The notes beneath the pieces were generated by a model. That model ran no database searches. It worked only from the letters and a program-made list of their open reading frames with translations, and was not told the DNA's origin. A stretch of 64,000 nucleotides of DNA from the NCBI RefSeq assembly GCF_009914755.1, contig NC_060933.1. One strand, written 5' to 3'. A program made the position numbers and the translations under genes. Positions 55,959 to 64,000 of this stretch are shown here, one piece after another (the stretch's first letter is position 1; each line of letters begins with the position of its first letter). The stretch is from the human T2T-CHM13v2.0 reference genome, Homo sapiens.

Positions 55959-56289
55959 TTCCAAGTTCTTTATCAGGTATATGATAGCACATGTAGCTTT
56001 TTATCTTCCTTACACCAGTGCAAGTTTATAGAAAGGAAAAGGGATAGTTAATAGTAATCATAATAATGTTTAATATTTGAATGTTTTTTAGGAGCTGGAC
56101 ACTGGGCTGCATGTTTCACGGGGATGATTTGGGTCACTCTTCAATTTTCTAAAGGTTACAGGACTGTTTCAAACACCTCTCCTTCTATTAACAGTTTTCA
56201 ATGGAGAAAGAAAACAAAAGATTGATTTGGGGAATTCTTAGGTTAATGCGAGTTAGAACTGACCTTTTAACATTATTACCATAAGGACT

Positions 56290-56670
56290 AAATGGCTGTT
56301 ACAGACCCAAAATAGGAGCAATTCAAACAAGCGAGATGCTTCTCTCTGTAACAGGCTGACAGTCGCGGTCCTGGAGGGGCACGATGGCTCCTCAGGGTCA
56401 GACACCTCCTGTCCCTTACTCTGTAAGGCACAGCTTCTACCTCAGGATCCAAAATGCCCACGCCAGCTGCCATGGCCCCTCACAGGCAGTGGACACCAGA
56501 AAGGGGAGAGGGAGTGCGTGCCTGTTGCTTTGAAGAACCTGACCCAGAAGTCTTACACAGCACTTTTGCCCACATACCATCACTTAGTCATGTGGTAGTG
56601 CCTGGCCACAAGAGAGACTGGGAAATGGAGTCTTTATTCTGGGGTGATGTGTCCCATCTGCAACTGAGGG
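56290..56670 (-). mobile_element. Old MLT1-type MaLR LTR remnant
   Basis: cttagtcatgtgg...gagactgggaaatggagtcttt. Confidence 0.55.
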
Positions 56671-56898
56671 GTTAAGGCCTAAAACTTAGGGATTGAAGGC
56701 AGGAGAAAAAACAGATGTCGAGAGCCAGTGTTGGGATTGCAGGGTCCTGTGTGGGATTCCTGTTCATTTTCATCAAAGAAAGTCTAGTTGATATGCAATT
56801 GTTGGCCTAAGTGTTATTGAGGAGTTAATTTTACTGTTGAATTACACCAGAACATTTGTCATGTGAAATAACTATAAATACGACTGATTATTGCCTAG

Positions 56899-57417
56899 TG
56901 TATTACAGTTCTCTCCAGAGACACAGGAAACAATAGGGTCTGTCTATCGGAATAGATATCCTAAAAGTGTATCTTTTGAAGAGATTGATTATAAGGTATT
57001 GGCTCATGAGATGATGGAGCTTAAGAAGTCCCACAGTCTGCTCTCTGCCAGATGGAGACCCAGGAAAGCTGCTGGTGTAGTTTGAAGGCCTGAGAGCTGA
57101 GGGCCAGTGATGTGGATTCCAGTCTGAAGGTCTGAGAACCCAGAGGGCTGAGGGCAGGAGAAGATCCATGTCCCAGCTCAAGCAGGCAGAGGGAGGGTAA
57201 ATCCAACCTTCCTTTTTCTGTTTTTTTGTTCTAATCAGGCCCTCAACGGACTGGAGGATGCCCAGCCAAAGTGGGGAGGGCCATCTGCTTAGGCAGTTCA
57301 CCAATTCAAATGCTAGTCTCTTCTAGAAACACCCTCACAGACACACCTGGAAATAATGTTTAAGATCTGGGCATCCTGGGGGTCTAGTCAAGCTGACACA
57401 TACATTTAACCACCACA
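56899..57417 (-). mobile_element. MLT2D-like ERVL solo LTR
   Basis: tgtatt..agttctctccagaga...tagtcaagctgacacat..atttaaccaccaca; TSD CCTAG/CTTAG. Confidence 0.88.
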
Positions 57418-58889
57418 CTTAGGGAATATGAAAATAACTTAGACATTAAATTTGATTTTGGTGTTGCTGTAAAGAATACAGATCTTAGGCACCAGCTCGT
57501 AGGAGGGGTGGTAAACAAGGAGGACAGCTTTTACCAGGTTGCCTTTGGAAGCAAAACTCTGCTTTGCTGTTTTGTTTTCAAGCGGCTGCATGGCCACTGA
57601 GCGAGCCCTTTCCTGCCATCACCACAGTGCCACTTAGTGAACAGTTTCTCCAAGGTTAACTGTAGCTGCTCTTGTTCAGTTAATATGTAGTTCTGGATTA
57701 ATATGCCACATCTGTCACTTTAAGGAAGAAAAAGAGCAGTTCCGTTTAGAGATCCCATTGCTCCTCTAAGGACAGCAGTCATTTCTAACAAGCAGAGGGA
57801 AGAAATCTTCTGGTTCCATTTGTCCTTTGTGTGTGTTGAAAACCTTGACAACAAAACAAATTGGTACTGAATGGTTTGAAGAAATAAACATTAACTCCCC
57901 TTTAGTATTTCATTTCTAGGGTTTCCAGCCTTGGTAACAATTACCAAGAACTTTGCTGTCATGGGGTACAGCTCTAGGCTGCTGACAGGATCTTCATACT
58001 GGAGGAGACTATACTTTTATAGCCAATTCCAACTGCCCCAGAGATAACTTGGATAAACACTGGCTCCTCCACTACCTCCTAATCCCTGCTGGGTTTTACA
58101 CTGTGGGGAGGTTTAGACAACTTGTTTTCTTTCCCTTTTAGCCCTTCTCTCTACACTCCCCTCCAGCTGCCTTCTTCCCCCACCCCCAAATGTAACGTGA
58201 TCTCCTAGGCCTGCTCTGCTGCTTTTGCAGATTCTTTTAGTCTTAGAGAAAGAGAGGAAAATATTAACCATTGGTTTACCAATTCAAAGTTAACAACATT
58301 TTAAACAAAAGGAGCTTGTCAATAACCAGGGCTTGGGCTTTTCTTTTATCAGTTCCTCCTACTTGGCTGAGTTTACCTCATCATAAATCTTATCACACAG
58401 ATAATAATTTGACAGCTTTAGGGTTTTTGCAGCATTGCTATTTTCTATTGCAACAAAGCTGTAACATTGCTATTTTTGATGTATTTGTTTTATAGATATC
58501 TTAATCTTCAATATTCAGATTAAAAACAAACAAGACTTAGTGATTTAAAATTATTTGGTAAAAAGGTAAAGGGACAGAGACATCTCATGAAAACATGGCA
58601 AAATCTCTTTAAGTTTAATTCAAGCACTTAGAGTTTAATAAGAATATCCCAAACCATTTTTGCTTAATAATATTTCTGTTTATAATTAAACCTTAAGGTA
58701 CAGTGTTGTAACTGGATTTAAGAATTTAGAGTTTTGTTGTTTCTTCGCCATCAGCGAAATTAAGATTTAAAACCTATAGTTTGCAACAAATTTTAGTTTT
58801 TCAGCCTAGTGTCCTAAAACTTGTCTGTCATGGGTACCTAGTAGGTGTCATGTCACAGGAAAGGGATCTAACAAGGGAGTTTGAAGATA

Positions 58890-59000
58890 GGGGTTTTCCT
58901 TGCTCTGCCACTAACTTGCTATGTGACCTAGGGCAAGTTATATAACCTATCTGTGTCACAGTTGTCTGAAATGCAATATGGGGAAAATAAATTCTTAAAA
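58890..59000 (+). mobile_element. MIR core
   Basis: gctctgccactaacttgctatgtgacctagggcaagtta. Confidence 0.75.
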
Positions 59001-59017
59001 TGACAATAAAAAGATTT

Positions 59018-59308
<291 letters not shown>

Positions 59309-59659
59309 TGAAGATGTGTAAGGACTAAAGGAGCCCAAAGGAGACAGTAGGGGATAAGAAAGGCAAAGAGAGTGGTAATAGATTTAGCAGAATCAAGGAT
59401 GCCAAAACCTCTTCTGAGAGAGACCTTGATTAAGAGTGAGCTGGTTTGCCTGTAAGAATCTGCGGAAAGGTCAGAAATTAGAGACATTAGTACCACAGAA
59501 AGCAGGGGATGAGGCCTGAAGCTGAAATCAAGGGGATCAATTGAGAGCCTATAAAAGGAGGGTTTAGATTCTTCAAACCCCTCCCAACCCCACAGAGTCA
59601 GATGACCACCTCTCCTAACCACCTACAGGAGACCAGAGGCATTATATTGAGAAATGCCC

Positions 59660-59982
<323 letters not shown>

Positions 59983-60474
59983 TCAGGAGCCTGACCCCCA
60001 GCATGGGTCCGGGTAGGCCATTGGCCGAAAATAGTGGAGTGGGCAAAGAGCAGATTTTTTAAAAGTCTGCATACTGAATAGTAAGATTCCCAGCCCTCTT
60101 CTAATACCTGCTAGCCAGGGGCCTAATAAGGAAGAGATTGAAATATTCTTTTCTAGGGGGAAAAAGTTGAATGACCCTAGAGAAAAGCCCTACAGATACC
60201 AACATTTAGGGATTCTCTTGAAAAAGCGAGTTTACCATCTCCTTTCACTGAAGCTTACCAGTGGCTGTGCCCCTTCCACGCATACAAAACTAACAGTCAT
60301 CTTTTAGTTGCTCATTCATAGAGAGTGAGTGGCCTGCCAAATCTCTCTAGGCATTAGAGGAAGGTCTCTAACCTGATATTAATAGATAAAGGGTAAAACA
60401 AATAGCAGAAAACAGGAACTTGGTGGAAATAAAGACAATGCAGTCAACAGAGGAAGAGTTTAAAAGAACTATTC

Positions 60475-60845
<371 letters not shown>

Positions 60846-60945
60846 GAACTATTCTTTGCTATCCTTGGAGAGAGAGATTGCAAATGTCAGAAAACAGGAT
60901 GCTTTTAAAAACAATAACAATCAGAATAAGAATAAAAATGAATTA

Positions 60946-61239
<294 letters not shown>

Positions 61240-61317
61240 TGAATTGTTTAATATTAAAAACATTATAGCCCAAATTTAAAATCCAACAGAAGATGTGGAA
61301 AATTGTCTCAGAATGTA

Positions 61318-61606
<289 letters not shown>

Positions 61607-62145
61607 TCAATCCCAGGGCTTTAATATCCTTTTTGTAGGAATTCCAGAAAGAAAACAAAAAAATAATGATAATAACGAAGAAACAAATGGAGGAGAAGTT
61701 AGGAGACGTTAAATGTAAGGAAAAATTTCAGAGTTTAGTGAAGTGAGTATTTTCCAAAACAGAATTATATAAATCTCTGGATTTATGAGTGCCCAGAATA
61801 ATATATGAAAGGCCATATCATTGTGAAAGTTCAGAACACCAAGAATATTAGAAGATCCTAAAAGTTTCCAAAGAGAAAAAAAGCAAGTCATTTTAAGGGG
61901 TCAGGAACCAGAATGGGATTGCATCTCTAAACAATACTTACTGGAAACTAGATAGTAGCAGATAAATAAATGCCTTCAAAGTTCATTTGGGAAAATTATT
62001 TTCAACCTAGAATTCTATACCCAGACAAACTGTCAAGATAGAAGAAAGGTATTTTTTTAGACATGCACCCTCCCTCCCCACCTCTGTGAAGCTACTGGAT
62101 GATGAATTCCAGCAAAATGAAGAAGTCAGTCAATAAGTAGAACTG

Positions 62146-62479
<334 letters not shown>

Positions 62480-63559
62480 TTAGTGATTGGAAAAAATATC
62501 ACTAGATGTTTGACAGATCTTTGAAGTATTTGAGGGAAAATGGTGATAGGTATATAGAAGACTAAATGAAAACAAGGCAATATCTCTAGGATAAACAAAG
62601 ATGTATAATAAAGGAAACATTCATAGTATATTATTGGCTAAGCAGTGAAGAATATTTATATCATCCTAATAATGTAAACACTAACTATTGATTTATCCCC
62701 CAAATTGTGATTTTATTGTTTTGGGGGGTTATGGATGGTGATAGTATAATACTGCTGTCATAAGTTAATAGATAATGGATAAATCTAATGAATTCAGAAA
62801 GAGCAAGATGATGTTACTAGCTAAAAATCTGAAGGAGGCTGTCTCTGCGGAAACATACAGGGGAAAGGGATTGCTGTTTTTTATTACCAGATTTTTACAA
62901 GACTATTTTTAGCCTTTTTTACAAGACTTTTAGTACTGCTTGAGTTTTAACCATGTTATGTATATTACTTTGATTAAAAAGAAAAATTAATTTAAAAAAA
63001 TGAGCATACTAATACCATTAATTTTCTCCTTCTAGAGAAAAATGTTTAACAGTTAGGTTTAGACTTGTTAATTATAAAAATATAGTAGTCTTACTGTAAT
63101 GAGATTTTCTAGAAAGCGGATTTACTCTAAGGCAGTTCAGATTTGGTCCCCAGCTGAGAATTATAGCCTGGAAATACCAACAGAAAAATCAGTGTCATTT
63201 GAAGGACAGTCATCTGTGCAGCCTGTGCATGAAATCATGGGTCTGAATTAGGCCCCCATTCAAGATGCGGGGGTGTGGGGTTTGTGTTTTGCTGAAGCTG
63301 TGGTTGCAAATCTTTGCTTTAGGATGAAAGGTGGGGCTCTCTGTTACATTTGAACCTTAGTTGCTACTCCTACCTCACAGCTAGTGTTTCTTTCTCTTCA
63401 TAAAATAAATTGATTTCCTGGTCCCTTGGAAAACCTCCAGACTGCTTTCTGGAATCATTTTCATATAGCATGTTTGTTAATTTGAGCTCTTGACTGAGTC
63501 CCAGTGAGATGTAGGCAGGAACACAGACCTGATACAGAAATAGTCCTCTTTTGGAAATA

Positions 63560-63785
63560 ACAATAGCTACTGTTTATCGAGCACCTTCTGTGCTTTGGGC
63601 ACTCTCCCTACATGATTCCTAATCTTCATAATAACCCTGTGAGATAACTACTCTTATGACTACCTCCCATTTTTCAGATGAGAAAATTGAGGCTCTGAGA
63701 GGTGAAGTCGTTGCCCATGGCCCCACAGTGAGTGGCAGATCTGAGACTCAGCGCTAGCCTTTGTGACACATAACTCGTGACCAGC
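63560..63785 (-). mobile_element. MIR
   Basis: cccatttttcagatgagaaaattgaggctctgagaggtgaagt. Confidence 0.85.
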
Positions 63786-64000
63786 AGGTAGTGCTACCCG
63801 ATTGAAAAAATGTGAGACTTAAAGGGATGCATGTGTCCCTATACAGTGGCAAAAACTGGTATGACAGAAGTGATGTTTTAAGCTATGTTATCCTTTAGTT
63901 GGACATACACTGGACCCACAGAGCTAGAGTACCTGGCAGGCTCTTGCTGGACAATGTTTGCTGAATCAGAGAAAGTGGGCTTTGTTGGCATTTGCATGTG

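Overview
Primate, most likely human, genomic DNA that is intronic or non-coding. About 60 Alu/FLAM/FRAM copies (many with readable target-site duplications, TSDs) sit among ancient L1M fragments, L2 and MIR relics, solo LTRs (three MLT2, an LTR10C-like, an LTR41-like, a MER76-like) and DNA transposon fossils (MER1A, MER104, MER115, MADE1, Tigger4-like, Charlie-like). I can support no protein-coding exon; the listed ORFs are mostly read-throughs of repeats and none is a recognisable protein. A few + strand candidate non-coding exons suggest a spliced lncRNA host. Two of them faintly recall LINC-PINT from memory, which is unverified. Main non-routine structures: (1) a 243-bp inverted repeat with no mismatch found by eye (27186-27428 / 29362-29604); the second copy replaced the 3' end of an Alu, and the pair brackets a candidate exon. 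(2) A 13-copy 76-bp VNTR (10292-11271) in which an AP-1 site is present in some units and absent in others. (3) Several other templated insertions or local duplications (35 bp, about 190 bp, and a 152-bp MaLR-internal fragment captured in an Alu). (4) A MIR-derived hairpin whose mismatches are partly G-U-pairable on the + strand. (5) An Alu carrying extra 3' sequence inside its TSDs. (6) A degenerate p53 half-site array in the LTR10C-like element. Repeat subfamily names come from recalled consensus sequences, and the boundaries of old elements are approximate.
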